Shown: positions 48,525-59,730, numbered from the stretch's first letter. The stretch is DNA of 64,000 nucleotides from Candidatus Heimdallarchaeota archaeon (GCA_020353515.1 CP070695.1:4300503-4364502), one strand, 5' to 3'. Made by a program: numbers and translations. Notes: generated by a model not told the origin, from the letters alone.

Positions 48525-49679
48525 ATGGAGATTGGGATGCAAATCCAAACAAAGACATTAGATGAAAAAGATCTAAGAATTATAAATGCTCTATATAAAT
48601 ATGGATTTGGGTCATCTAGCCGTTTCTTAAGTAAGAAAATAAATATTCCAGATAGAACAATAAGTTACCGTCTGAAAACTCTGAAAGACACCGGATTATT
48701 ACGGATATATCCTTTTATGAATGAGAGACGTCTAGGATTGGGAGATTGTTGTATTGTAATCCAAGAATCTGAGACATGTAAGTCAAGTCAGATATCTAAA
48801 TTATTAGAAAAAATCCCTTTCTTCTATCTTATATCCTCAACATATGGAAGATATAATGGAATATTATGTTTTAGCGTCTATTCTCTTGATTCAACTCATC
48901 CAAAAGAGTTTCTTGAGAAATTGAGGACAGAAGAATTGATTTCTGATTTTGAAATTTATGAAATATGCGATCATATAACAAGTGATCCAAAATTAGATTA
49001 CTATGATCCTCATACAGGGAAATGGAGATGGGATTGGAAACAATGGGAGAAGGAAATCGAAACTACATTAGTTCAAGAACATTCAACTGACTTATTCGCA
49101 AATCTACACCTTGAACAGAAACAAACGGTGATCAATTTTGATGAAATTGATATCAAACTCCTTAAAATCAAAAAAGATGCCTTTCATAATAAAAAAGTTA
49201 TACTGACTAATAGTGAACTTGGAAAAAAGCTTAACTTATCTGCGTTTAAAGTTAGAAACCGAGTCCAACTTTTATATGACCAAGGAGTTATTAAAGGGCC
49301 TCTAATCAACTTCTTCTGTCCTGAAGAGCGTGATATCCACTTCATCTACCTTTTTGTCAAAATGAAAGATTTCCAACAGAGTTCATTGGTTATATCTTCG
49401 ATTTGTAAATTACCCTTTCAAGTCGGAATCTTTGTTGAATCTAAAACTAAATTCATTCTCTACTATAGAATGAGAACAGAAGAATTTTCGGAATTCTTAC
49501 AAAGTTTTGATTTATTAAAGGATTATTTACAATCTTATTTCTTCCAAATAGTCCCATTCTATTATAATAATCGTCATCATCTTTACAATGCCTATAATGA
49601 AAACACTAAGTCCTGGGATACTCCAATAGAGGAGTATTATAATTTAATAGAGAATTTCAAAAACACAAAGAAAAGTTAG
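48525..49679 (+). CDS. Tandem Lrp/AsnC-type HTH regulator
   Basis: LDEKDLRIINAL...TISYRLKTL and FDEIDIKLL...ELGKKLNLS..VRNRVQLL. Confidence 0.82.
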   Translation: MEIGMQIQTKTLDEKDLRIINALYKYGFGSSSRFLSKKINIPDRTISYRLKTLKDTGLLRIYPFMNERRLGLGDCCIVIQESETCKSSQISKLLEKIPFFYLISSTYGRYNGILCFSVYSLDSTHPKEFLEKLRTEELISDFEIYEICDHITSDPKLDYYDPHTGKWRWDWKQWEKEIETTLVQEHSTDLFANLHLEQKQTVINFDEIDIKLLKIKKDAFHNKKVILTNSELGKKLNLSAFKVRNRVQLLYDQGVIKGPLINFFCPEERDIHFIYLFVKMKDFQQSSLVISSICKLPFQVGIFVESKTKFILYYRMRTEEFSEFLQSFDLLKDYLQSYFFQIVPFYYNNRHHLYNAYNENTKSWDTPIEEYYNLIENFKNTKKS

Positions 49680-49690
49680 AGTGGAAAAAC

Positions 49691-51949
49691 ATGACACAAA
49701 GACTAGTTGGGATATTCACTATCCTTATGTTATCGTTTTTAGTTATTATATTTTCAAATCAAAGCTTAAATTTAGAGATAAGTAATACTGCTGATTCTTC
49801 ATCTCAACATTGCCAAATCTCACAGTCACAAGAAATAACTAATTTTACTAATGAGCACACTACACTTCTAGGTCATTCTCAACCAGTTGGGGACGTAAAG
49901 TTCTCTCCTGATGACTCCTTAATAGCATCTGCAAGTCTTGATGGCACTGTTATCATCTGGAATGCATCGAACGGGGAGAAAGTACACCTATTAAGACATC
50001 AACCAGTTGAGGTAGTCAGAGAAATATCTTTTTCACCAAATGGGTCGATACTGGCTTCAAGCGGTCATTATTGGTTTAGAAATCCTCCTGGATCGGAGAG
50101 TTGGGAAGTAGAAGCACGTCTCTATCTCTGGGATACCTCTACAGGATCGCTACTAAAAACTGTATCAAAATTCGGTGCCAGACTTCTAGGAGCTTGTTTT
50201 TCTCCTGATGGTAAATTACTCGCATTTGTTGAAAATGCGTACAATGGAACCTATTCTGTCAACTTGTGGGATTTTACAAGTAATAACTTTTTATATTTGG
50301 GGGAACATAATCAATTTATTTTTACATTAGATTTTTCACCTGATGGTAGCCTTTTAGCATCTGGGAGTGATGGTGGGACAATAAAACTCTGGGATATAGC
50401 CTCTAGAACATTGGTAAGGACGTTAACTGAACATACAGATGATGTTAGATCAATCAAATTTTCTCCGAATGGACAAATATTGGCTTCAGCTTGTGATGAC
50501 ACCTCAATTATCCTCTGGAACGTGTCCTCTGGTTCTGTGATAAGAACATTAACTGGGCATAACAGGAAGGTTTTTTCAGTAGATTTTTCTAATGATGATA
50601 GACTTGTGTCAGGAGAAGGAGAGTATGACGAAGAGCATTTCCCTTCACGGATACACAATGCTGCTATTAAGATTTGGGATATTATAACGGGAAATGAAAT
50701 AGCTTCTCTAACTGGCCACGAAAATGTCGTTTGCTCTGTTGATTTCTCTTCAGATGGAACAAAAATAGTATCAGGGAGTTGGGACTGGAGAGTAAAACTT
50801 TGGGGTGACCATGGTTTGATAACTTCTGGATATGTTGACGATTGGCCAACCTCAACTCCAGAAGAACAGGGGATGAATTCTACGACCTTGAATGAATTAT
50901 TTGAATACATTGATTCATGGTCTGATGTTATTCATGGATTGTGTGTGATGCGTCATGGAGTCATCGTTGCGGAAGGATATTTCAGTAGTGACTATCATCA
51001 GTATATCCAAGAAGACAAACATCAAACCCATTCAGTTACAAAGAGTTTCACATCTGCTTTGATAGGGATAGCAATCGATCAGGGCTATATTACTGATGTC
51101 AACCAGAGGGTGCTTGACTTCTTTCCCGAAATGACCTTTTTAAATGTGGATTCACGAAAAGAGGCAATGACTATTGAACATCTCTTAACAATGCGAACAG
51201 GTCTTGATTGGCCAGAGATGGATTCTGGTTATTCTGGTGCGGGAGACCTTGCAGACCAGATGTTGCATAGTAATAACAGTGTACAATATATATTAGATAA
51301 ACCAATGGTTGCGGCTCCAGGAGAGGTTTGGCAATATTGTTCTGGAGCTACACATCTCCTCTCAGCAATTATTCAAAGAACAACAGGACAAACAACACTT
51401 GAATTTGCTCAAGAAAATCTCTTTTCTCCTCTAGGGATTGATTCAAGTGAAGTGATCTGGGACACTGATCGTAATGGGATAAATAGAGGACACTCCAACC
51501 TTTTCTTAACTCCACGAAGTTTAGCTAAATTTGGGTATTTATACCTCAACGAGGGAAAGCTAGATGGAAAAGAGATCATCTCGAAAGAATGGGTAGAAAA
51601 GTCAGTAACAACGGAATTCAGTGGGTATGGCTACTGTTGGTGGAATGATCCTTTTGGTCATTTTGCGATGGGTCTTAATGGTCATTATATTTATGTATTA
51701 CCAGAAGAGAACATCGTAGCTTCTTTTACTGAGTCTTCTATCACTCTAAGACTATTATCACGATACATCATCCCTGCTGTCATTCAATCTAAAAGTTCAG
51801 CGATTACACAGTCTGATACTGCATCAAAAACTCAACAGTCCAATGATATAAGTAGTACTCAATCTAAAACTTCAGGATTGTCCTTATTATATCCTACTTT
51901 GGCATTACTAGTAATTATAATGACTCTTAAAAGGAAAAAAGTGTATTAA
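49691..51949 (+). CDS. Cell-surface WD40 repeat plus class C beta-lactamase-like serine hydrolase fusion
   Basis: Signal peptide; seven GH...FSPDG...IWD repeats; SVTK (SxxK), YCS, HLLTMRTG; S/T linker, TM, KRKK. Confidence 0.88.
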   Translation: MTQRLVGIFTILMLSFLVIIFSNQSLNLEISNTADSSSQHCQISQSQEITNFTNEHTTLLGHSQPVGDVKFSPDDSLIASASLDGTVIIWNASNGEKVHLLRHQPVEVVREISFSPNGSILASSGHYWFRNPPGSESWEVEARLYLWDTSTGSLLKTVSKFGARLLGACFSPDGKLLAFVENAYNGTYSVNLWDFTSNNFLYLGEHNQFIFTLDFSPDGSLLASGSDGGTIKLWDIASRTLVRTLTEHTDDVRSIKFSPNGQILASACDDTSIILWNVSSGSVIRTLTGHNRKVFSVDFSNDDRLVSGEGEYDEEHFPSRIHNAAIKIWDIITGNEIASLTGHENVVCSVDFSSDGTKIVSGSWDWRVKLWGDHGLITSGYVDDWPTSTPEEQGMNSTTLNELFEYIDSWSDVIHGLCVMRHGVIVAEGYFSSDYHQYIQEDKHQTHSVTKSFTSALIGIAIDQGYITDVNQRVLDFFPEMTFLNVDSRKEAMTIEHLLTMRTGLDWPEMDSGYSGAGDLADQMLHSNNSVQYILDKPMVAAPGEVWQYCSGATHLLSAIIQRTTGQTTLEFAQENLFSPLGIDSSEVIWDTDRNGINRGHSNLFLTPRSLAKFGYLYLNEGKLDGKEIISKEWVEKSVTTEFSGYGYCWWNDPFGHFAMGLNGHYIYVLPEENIVASFTESSITLRLLSRYIIPAVIQSKSSAITQSDTASKTQQSNDISSTQSKTSGLSLLYPTLALLVIIMTLKRKKVY

Positions 51950-52043
51950 GCCATTTTTTGAACTGAAATGCCTTTAACTAAAATTTTAAGATGAGCTCTA
52001 CCTCTATCGAAGTGTTTAGAATCCTTTCTTCAAATGTTTTGAT

Positions 52044-52838
52044 TTGGATTATTTTCAAGGAATGTGCCCTTTATTGGAACTTTTATCTTGGAATGTCAAT
52101 GGTATCAGAGCCTGTATTAAAAAAGGCTTTATTGAATGGGTGAAACAACGAGACCCAGAGATCTTATGTCTCCAAGAAACAAAAGCTCAAGCAGATCAGA
52201 TATCCTTCTCATTTGATCTTCCTGATTATCGCATCTATTGGAGTTCAGCAAAAAAGAAGGGGTATAGCGGAGTCGCCACTTTAACCAAAATCAAACCAGT
52301 ATCGGTTCTACAAGGGCTAGGAGTGAAAGAGTTCGATATTGAGGGAAGATTTCTTCAATTAGAGTTCGAGGATTTCTTTCTAATTAATTTGTATTTTCCC
52401 AATGCCCAACGTGAATTAAAACGACTTGACTATAAATTACGATTTAATCAGACACTCCTTGCTTATCTAAATAAAATAAAAGAGAAAAATAAAGGGATAA
52501 TCCTATGTGGAGATTTTAATGTGGCTCATAAGGAGATCGATCTCAAGAATCCTAAAACAAATCAGAATAATGCAGGATTCTCACCTCAAGAAAGAGCTTT
52601 TTTTACTGAATTATTGGAACATGGGTATATCGATACATTCAGAGAATTTGATCAGTCTCCAGAGCAGTATACTTGGTGGACTTATCGCTATAATGCTAGA
52701 ACAAGAAACATCGGATGGCGAATTGATTACTTTCTTATTGATCTAGAATTTAGAGAAAGGTTGGAATCCGCATTTATTTTGAATGAAGTCATGGGATCAG
52801 ATCACGTTCCAGTAGGAATAATAATTAGTGTCGAATAA
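52044..52838 (+). CDS. xth: Exodeoxyribonuclease III / AP endonuclease
   Basis: SWNVNGIRA, LQETK, GYSGV, GDFNVAH, YTWW, GWRIDYF, SDHVP. Start probably about 52073. Confidence 0.95.
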   Translation: MDYFQGMCPLLELLSWNVNGIRACIKKGFIEWVKQRDPEILCLQETKAQADQISFSFDLPDYRIYWSSAKKKGYSGVATLTKIKPVSVLQGLGVKEFDIEGRFLQLEFEDFFLINLYFPNAQRELKRLDYKLRFNQTLLAYLNKIKEKNKGIILCGDFNVAHKEIDLKNPKTNQNNAGFSPQERAFFTELLEHGYIDTFREFDQSPEQYTWWTYRYNARTRNIGWRIDYFLIDLEFRERLESAFILNEVMGSDHVPVGIIISVE

Positions 52839-52941
52839 GGATTAATCCAGTAAATTATTATTATTGTCACCCCCTATAGTAAATCCTTAAAAGCATTAAA
52901 ACCCATATCCCTCTATACTCAGAGATATCTGTCTATAGGGT

Positions 52942-55900
52942 ATGGTAGCATTGATTTATAAAGAAGGAGGAAGTTGTGAATCTTGCAACCACCCTTTACA
53001 GAGTCAAAGAGACGCTGTTGGTAAAAAATTTTTCATATGCGTTAATAGTAAATGTCCAGTAAAACGACTAACGAATATTGAAACTCGTCTTGCAGCTATT
53101 GAGAAATTACTAGAAATTACGCCAATAATTCCAAAAGCACAAGAGTCAGTTATTGAAATTATTCGGACTCTTCCAAATCTTTCCTTGGAAGAAGGTAGAG
53201 TTCAGTTTTATTCATTATTTGATCAATTAGAAGAATCAAGAGACATACTCAATTTTTTCCTAGAACAAACAGCGAATAATGAATATTTATCTCCTCAGTT
53301 TTTACAAGAATGGGCAATTCTTATGGCTTATTCAGGGAAAACATTCATGGCAGCTCAAAGAATTTTAACGGAGAAAGGATATGCAGAAACTCCACTTTCA
53401 CAAACATTTATCAGCAAGAACATTGGAATAATTATTGATCGTTCTAATTCTGTTCAAGCAGAAGAAAAGCAAAAAATAGTTTCCACTCAATTTTATTCCC
53501 ATTTATTGAATTGGGCAGTAAATGAAGGATTTAGTAGGAGAACTCTTGAAACCCTTCAGGGAAATGCAGGGATATTTCCTCCTCCGATTGAGCAAACGAT
53601 ATCTGAAGAAATTGCTACAATACCTTCCGTTCCAGCTCGAGAAATACCTAGTCCGATTAATCAACCAATTGAATCTCTATATCAACAGCCATTTAAAAAG
53701 TGGATTGATAGATTTCGGCCAGACGAAGGGTGGGAATTTACTATTGGTGCTAATTGGTTACGATGGGTTGGTATCGGTATTATTCTATTTGCGCTCTTAC
53801 TGCTAGTAGTTTGGTCTGCATCTCAAATGAAACTGACAGAAGATGAGATTGCACTTCTCACATTTATAGGACTTGTATTTTCAGGAGTATCTCTCCATAT
53901 ATTCTCATTCATTTTATTAAGATTCAAAGAACGGAGCCACCACATTCCACCAATTGCTTATTCCATTGCTTTTCTTTCATTAGGAATTTATTACATCGCA
54001 TTATTTACCCTTCGGTTTCATCCTTCAAGTCCTGTTTATGGCGTTGAATATGAGATTTTATATCTAATACTGTGTGTGTTTTTGATTCTTATCTCATGTG
54101 GTACTGCTTGGGGCCACAATTCGAGCATACTCTTTATAGAGGGATTTACTTTTACCTTATGGCTTTTCTGGCACATACTATCTCAGATTTTCGTCAATGA
54201 TTTGGTTTTTTCAATCGAGATCTTGTTACTTGGTTATATTGCGTTTATACTAGCTTTCCTGGGAATTGGATATTTGAGAAAAGATATTATATTAATTATA
54301 AGTGTTCAATTGATGGCTCAGTTGCTTATATTCCTTCCAAACTCCTCTAAAGTGTTATCAACTCATTCAGTTATAAGAGAATATCCTGATATAAATGCGA
54401 CAATCTTTTTGGTAGTTATCATCAGTATAACTTATCTGGTTATTACGCTAAGGTTTCCTTTTGACATATCCCCTCAATTTTACGAAATCATTACTCGTTA
54501 TCATCTTTCGATCGCCTCGGTTACTCCAATCTTTTCCAGTTTCTTTTTATTGACATTTAAGAGTATTAGTGGGCTTATATTCATTCCATATCTTGTTGTT
54601 TTCACAACTGCATTTCTAGGGTTGGCTTATTATCAAAAAGATCTAGCCGTGGCATTTTCACTTATTCTTCTTACCCAGTTATTATGGTTGATATCAGTTG
54701 GATTTGTAGACAATATTACTTTTACTGAAACTATTCCAGAAATAAATGGTATTCTTACCGTTTTATTGTACCTGACATTTTTTTTCTGGATCATTGCTCA
54801 AAAATTTCCTTCTGATGAAATCGAAACTTGCTTTTGGGACTATATTAATCGAAAACATCTATCAGTAGCTGCAATCGGACCGATTTTTATTAGTTTCATA
54901 ATATCCAGATTTAATTATGTCACAAGTGATATTTTTATAATGTACTTGGTACTCTTTTGTATTCTTTGGAGCACCAATAGAAGTATTACATTAGAAATGC
55001 CTGATTTCCTTATAAAGAAAGTTTCCTTATTTGATATTGTGACCTATTCCTCTGCTATTCTTTTTTTAATAACAATAATATTAGAACAGAGTGAGAATCT
55101 GTTTGGCGTAGTTTTGGGGTTCATTGCTTTTCCATTGTTTATTCTGTTTAATCAAAGCATATCCAATATGTCTTTGCAGCAGCAAGAAATTCGGGAAATT
55201 TATGCAATCATTAACTGTTTATTTGTAGCCATCATATTCTCATTCATGGTAATGAAAGAAACTTTCTCAAATATTGGGATCTGGATTTCAACATTTCTCT
55301 TAGACTGGGGAATAGATTTTCTTGAGTTTCTAGGATTGCAAAATAGCTATAATTGGACTTTTATAGGTTTCCTATGGATAGTTGCTGTTGTTACTATCAA
55401 CGTCAAGATTTTTCAGCCTAACATTAGACATAGCTTGTCGAAAATTATTATGACCTTATCCTCTCCAACGATAATATATATTTACTTAGGATTAATAGAT
55501 GAAATAAACCCTATTCATCTGGCCTTTGTGATAATTGGATATGTCCAACTGATAATCCTTTGGTTCTTTCTTACTTCAGAAAAAACAGATCACGCCATTG
55601 ATAGACATCTTATTTTCATTCCTGGTGTTGCATTACTCCAGCTTTCTGGAAATTTTTTGTTAACAACATCAATAGGTTCATGGAATATTCTATCAGCTAT
55701 TCTTGTGAATATATTCTTTCCCTTCTCACTAGGGTTTTTTATGGTTGCTCGAAGATTGTTTCATCACTTAATTGACAGTTATCTTATTATTTCAGCATCA
55801 ATTCTCACTCTATTTCAATTCTTGTATTTGAAAAGTAATCAACAGGGTTTATACGCATGGTTTCTTGAATTGGTATTTTTGATCTTAGGTCTAGTTTATA

Positions 55901-56913
55901 TTTCTGCCAGACTCTACTTTGGTAAAAAACCATTAGGATCTATTTCTACTTCCCTCTCCATCTTGAAATTCTTTTATCCTTCAATTAGATATTCAAATAA
56001 AGAACAAATTGGATTAAATCTTCTTGTACTCTGTTTTCTAGGATTAATCAATAATACTTTGTGCTTTATATTCTTTCCTACTGCTTGGAGCCCAACTTTG
56101 GTATTTCTATTATTTGATTCAATGGTTGTACTCCCCTTGGTGTTTGCTTTAACCCTATTTGGATTAGATTCACATGTTGCTATAGTTAATACTCTTACAC
56201 TTTATGCAAGTGGGTTAATCATTCGATTACCATTACTTGTTAGTTATCCTTTTGATTACAATATTCACCTCCTCATTGGTTTAGTATTCCAATTAATTCT
56301 GCATGGTTTGCTGGTCAGATTAAGCAAATCAACGAGGGTGACGTCCTCTCTCACACTTTGGAAAATCAAGTTTGAAGGCCGTAAGACATGGCCTGAAGAT
56401 TCTCTTATAATTATGGCAATAATCAATCCTCTTGCCTTCTTTTTTTACGCCTCTCAACTGACCTTAAGAATAGGAGAAGTTTTCAAGATAACAAATGTAC
56501 TACCTATGATGATTTTATCAATATTAATTGCTATTTACTTTGTTATTGAAACAAGATTACTATTCTCTTCAATAATAAGTGATAGCGGCTTATTGATTTC
56601 TATTATTATCGCTTGGCTATTTACTGTTTCATTACTTGAGTTTATTTATTTCACTACAGCAGCGACGGCTTTCTTGAGTATTCTGTATGGATTTTGGATT
56701 AATAAAAGAGAATGGCGAATATTGGGGATCTTGATTATTAGCATCAGTTTAGTATATAGTGCAATTTATCTTGCCCAGATTCCTGACGACCTAGTTAAAA
56801 TCCTAGGATTCGGAATTTTAGGGATTATTTCTGTTGTGATAGCCTTTGTATATTCAAAGTTTGCAAGACGATTCATAGCGGAAGAATTTCAAGAAAAAAC
56901 CTCAATAAGCTGA
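52942..56913 (+). CDS. Very large polytopic membrane protein (DUF2339-like) with an N-terminal zinc finger
   Basis: CESC...CVNSKCP; WEFTIGANWLRWVGIGIIL start motif; more than 25 hydrophobic helices; C-terminal GFWINKREWRILG...KILGFGILG. Confidence 0.72.
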   Translation: MVALIYKEGGSCESCNHPLQSQRDAVGKKFFICVNSKCPVKRLTNIETRLAAIEKLLEITPIIPKAQESVIEIIRTLPNLSLEEGRVQFYSLFDQLEESRDILNFFLEQTANNEYLSPQFLQEWAILMAYSGKTFMAAQRILTEKGYAETPLSQTFISKNIGIIIDRSNSVQAEEKQKIVSTQFYSHLLNWAVNEGFSRRTLETLQGNAGIFPPPIEQTISEEIATIPSVPAREIPSPINQPIESLYQQPFKKWIDRFRPDEGWEFTIGANWLRWVGIGIILFALLLLVVWSASQMKLTEDEIALLTFIGLVFSGVSLHIFSFILLRFKERSHHIPPIAYSIAFLSLGIYYIALFTLRFHPSSPVYGVEYEILYLILCVFLILISCGTAWGHNSSILFIEGFTFTLWLFWHILSQIFVNDLVFSIEILLLGYIAFILAFLGIGYLRKDIILIISVQLMAQLLIFLPNSSKVLSTHSVIREYPDINATIFLVVIISITYLVITLRFPFDISPQFYEIITRYHLSIASVTPIFSSFFLLTFKSISGLIFIPYLVVFTTAFLGLAYYQKDLAVAFSLILLTQLLWLISVGFVDNITFTETIPEINGILTVLLYLTFFFWIIAQKFPSDEIETCFWDYINRKHLSVAAIGPIFISFIISRFNYVTSDIFIMYLVLFCILWSTNRSITLEMPDFLIKKVSLFDIVTYSSAILFLITIILEQSENLFGVVLGFIAFPLFILFNQSISNMSLQQQEIREIYAIINCLFVAIIFSFMVMKETFSNIGIWISTFLLDWGIDFLEFLGLQNSYNWTFIGFLWIVAVVTINVKIFQPNIRHSLSKIIMTLSSPTIIYIYLGLIDEINPIHLAFVIIGYVQLIILWFFLTSEKTDHAIDRHLIFIPGVALLQLSGNFLLTTSIGSWNILSAILVNIFFPFSLGFFMVARRLFHHLIDSYLIISASILTLFQFLYLKSNQQGLYAWFLELVFLILGLVYISARLYFGKKPLGSISTSLSILKFFYPSIRYSNKEQIGLNLLVLCFLGLINNTLCFIFFPTAWSPTLVFLLFDSMVVLPLVFALTLFGLDSHVAIVNTLTLYASGLIIRLPLLVSYPFDYNIHLLIGLVFQLILHGLLVRLSKSTRVTSSLTLWKIKFEGRKTWPEDSLIIMAIINPLAFFFYASQLTLRIGEVFKITNVLPMMILSILIAIYFVIETRLLFSSIISDSGLLISIIIAWLFTVSLLEFIYFTTAATAFLSILYGFWINKREWRILGILIISISLVYSAIYLAQIPDDLVKILGFGILGIISVVIAFVYSKFARRFIAEEFQEKTSIS

Positions 56914-57034
56914 TCAAAACGTACCACATTATTTTTAAGCATGTCTCTCTACTTTAAGAGCGATTCGTTGTGAATCAACCTAATAAAAAGAATTTTGAGT
57001 AAATGTATAACCAGATTTTCCAGATGATTAAACA

Positions 57035-57880
57035 ATGGTAAATCAAGACAAATCAAGCTATGATCTCTTCAAGGTCATTAATAATCGAAGATCGATCCGG
57101 AAATTTACTGAAAAACCCATTACAGACGATATTCTGAATCAAATATTGGAAGCTGGAATTAAAGCTCCTTTTGCGGCTCAATTGTACAGTATTGTCTATA
57201 CACGTGATAAAGAGAAGATGAAGAAGCTAAGAATTGGAGTCTATTCAACTACCCAGCTCTTAATGATTTTCTTAGTTGATTTCCGAAAAATTGAGAAAAT
57301 AATTAAACAGAGAAACTATCAATACGACTACGATGACGGGATGCTCTTATGGCTAGGTATTCAAGACGCAACCTTGGTTGCAGAGAATGTCATATTAGCT
57401 GCAGATGCAGTCGGCCTCGGATCTGTTCTACTAGGGGGCGCACCTTTACAAACAGACATTATAACTGAAGTCTTCAGTATTCCCTCCAGAGTTTTCCCTG
57501 TTGTCGGTCTGTGTCTAGGATATCCCGATTATACTGCAGAAACGGATGTTAGACCACGTTATCCTTTGAAGTATACAGCTTTTGAGGATTCGTATCATGA
57601 TCTTTCTGAAAATGAAATTCGTGAATGTATGAAAAACATGGATGAGGGATATATCACCCAGGGATATTACATTAAATTACAAGCGAAAATTCCCTTAAAG
57701 AAAGGAAAAGATACGATAGATTATGATAAATATTCATGGTCAGAACACCAGAGTCGAAAATACTCCCAAGGATGGTGGAAAAAGGAATCAATTTTGTCTC
57801 TCCTTCAACGCCAAGGTTTTAATCTTGAAAAATCTCATAATCAAGAAGAAACGAAAATGAAGCGAGTTCCTACTAACTAA
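57035..57880 (+). CDS. Nitroreductase family protein
   Basis: RRSIRKF, AGIKAP, DATLVAENVILAADAVGLGSVLLG, LGYP, RPRYP. Confidence 0.92.
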   Translation: MVNQDKSSYDLFKVINNRRSIRKFTEKPITDDILNQILEAGIKAPFAAQLYSIVYTRDKEKMKKLRIGVYSTTQLLMIFLVDFRKIEKIIKQRNYQYDYDDGMLLWLGIQDATLVAENVILAADAVGLGSVLLGGAPLQTDIITEVFSIPSRVFPVVGLCLGYPDYTAETDVRPRYPLKYTAFEDSYHDLSENEIRECMKNMDEGYITQGYYIKLQAKIPLKKGKDTIDYDKYSWSEHQSRKYSQGWWKKESILSLLQRQGFNLEKSHNQEETKMKRVPTN

Positions 57881-57985
57881 ACATCAGGGTACAATCTATA
57901 TCAACATTGGATTAGTTCCGTAAAGATAATATAAATGAACTTTTCTTAAATTGCTTTATTAAAAAGAAGGAAGGTTATTTGTAAG

Positions 57986-59137
57986 ATGACTCAATGCCCA
58001 AATTGCGGAGAAACAGTAGAAATAGGAGATATTTTTTGTTATAAATGTGGATTTAATCTAAGAACGAATTCAATTGTTAAACAAGCCAAGGAAGAAATTG
58101 GAAGACAACTGGAATTAGATACAAATAACTTAACAAGATTTACACAATTAGAAGAACGAATAGAAAATTTAAGGAACATTCCTGACGAATTGGAACAACA
58201 AAAAGCTTATCTTGCCAATTTAAACCAATCCTTAACAGAAGCACGCCAAAGGTTGGAGTCTCTTGCAGAACAACGTGTAAAAGAGTATCGTGATGTAGAA
58301 AAGCTCGAAAAATTGAGTGTCACCTCTTTCATGGCACGGATGAAAGGAACTAAGGATCAGCAATTAGAAAAAGAAAGGGTTGAATATCTCACAGTACTAA
58401 ATAAAGAGGAAGCTGCGCAGAGAGAATGTCAACAACTGCAAGATGTCATAACACAAACTCAGTCCCAGGTGTATGAGCTAGGAGATTTACTTGATACAAA
58501 AAAGAATTTAGAAAAAGAACTTGAAACGTTAATAAATCAAGTATGTGAAGGAGTTCCTGATCCTGTTGAAGACGCAATTGAACAACGATTAGCCACTCTT
58601 GAAGCTCAAATAGGACCAATTACCAATAATCGTTCACGCATATTCCGGGCGAATAATCACTTAGATCATGCAATTTCTGACTTGAATCGTGCATTAGACT
58701 CCCTACGAAGCGCCTCAGGTTTCTCAACATGGGATCTTCTTGGAGGGGGATTAATCGCTGATTCAATGAAACATTCAAGGATGTCTGACGCACGAAATAA
58801 TGTTCATAATGCCCACAACAACATCCAAAGAGCTATTCAAGAATATCCAGAAATTAGAAATTCCTTGAGTAGTGCTAGTGTCGAAGAAGTATCCTTTTTT
58901 TGGGACGGATTCATGGATAATATCTTCTCGGACATCGCAGCACGAGATAAAATTCATAGATCAAGAGAATCTGTTCGTCAAGCTTTACATGATGCTTCCA
59001 ATGCCAACCGCTGGCTAGATGACAAAATGCGAACTATCAATCAACAATTCAATGATCTAAACAGGAAAATTGAAGAATTAAGGAAGGATCTTTTAAAAGA
59101 ACGAAAAAGAATGATTAAGGAAACGCTTGAGAATTAG
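57986..59137 (+). CDS. Zinc-ribbon plus coiled-coil protein
   Basis: CPNCG...CYKCG; long heptads; conserved-looking STWDLLGGG and DGFMDNIFSD segments. Confidence 0.75.
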   Translation: MTQCPNCGETVEIGDIFCYKCGFNLRTNSIVKQAKEEIGRQLELDTNNLTRFTQLEERIENLRNIPDELEQQKAYLANLNQSLTEARQRLESLAEQRVKEYRDVEKLEKLSVTSFMARMKGTKDQQLEKERVEYLTVLNKEEAAQRECQQLQDVITQTQSQVYELGDLLDTKKNLEKELETLINQVCEGVPDPVEDAIEQRLATLEAQIGPITNNRSRIFRANNHLDHAISDLNRALDSLRSASGFSTWDLLGGGLIADSMKHSRMSDARNNVHNAHNNIQRAIQEYPEIRNSLSSASVEEVSFFWDGFMDNIFSDIAARDKIHRSRESVRQALHDASNANRWLDDKMRTINQQFNDLNRKIEELRKDLLKERKRMIKETLEN

Positions 59138-59154
59138 AGAAGTAATCAAACATT

Positions 59155-59730
59155 CTAGACTTCTAGTGTTTTCCTGATCCTCCATTCTTCCACTAACAAG
59201 TCCATCATTAGATCATCCAGAAATTCACCATTGATATAATCCGCTTTCCGTCGAACTCCTATTTCACGAAACCCTAGCTTCTTATAAACAGCAATTGCGC
59301 GGAAATTGTTTGAAAAAACTCTAAGCTCCAAACTAAGTAAATTTAGGGTTTCAAAACCAAACTCGATAGCTAATTCAAGCGCTTCTGTTCCCAATCCTTT
59401 GTCTCTAAATTCAGGGTTAAAAATTCCAAGACTGATATCTCCTCGTTTGCTAACTGTATTAAGAATCTTTAAACGAATATTTCCGATATATTTTTGGCTT
59501 TTATTTGTAGAAATCGCAAATGTGTAAATTTCTCCCTGTCTTCTCTCATCCCATGTTCTACGAATCCATTCTAACCCTTCTTCTCGTGACATTGGAGTTA
59601 TTCGTCCACTATAATTCATGAATTGAATGTCATTCCAGTAGACTAAAAGTTCATCAACATCAGTAAGCTCCAACCCTCTCAATGTCACGGTTTTTCCAAC
59701 AATCATGATTATACCATTTTTCCGATTCAA
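59155..59730 (-). CDS. RimJ/RimL-type GNAT acetyltransferase
   Basis: YIGNI, FRDKGLGTEA, NFRAIAVYKKLGF. Confidence 0.9.
   Translation of the reverse strand: MNRKNGIIMIVGKTVTLRGLELTDVDELLVYWNDIQFMNYSGRITPMSREEGLEWIRRTWDERRQGEIYTFAISTNKSQKYIGNIRLKILNTVSKRGDISLGIFNPEFRDKGLGTEALELAIEFGFETLNLLSLELRVFSNNFRAIAVYKKLGFREIGVRRKADYINGEFLDDLMMDLLVEEWRIRKTLEV

Noticed and set aside
50311-50910. 199-aa antisense ORF
   Set aside because: Mirror of the WD40 repeat coding strand.
9398-51949. Reading the GTPases, the WD40 protein and the ~7-TM pseudogene as a heterotrimeric G-protein/GPCR system
   Set aside because: The WD40 protein is secreted, enzyme-fused and 30 kb away. The TM gene is unlinked and broken. 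The GTPases lack the G-alpha catalytic Arg.
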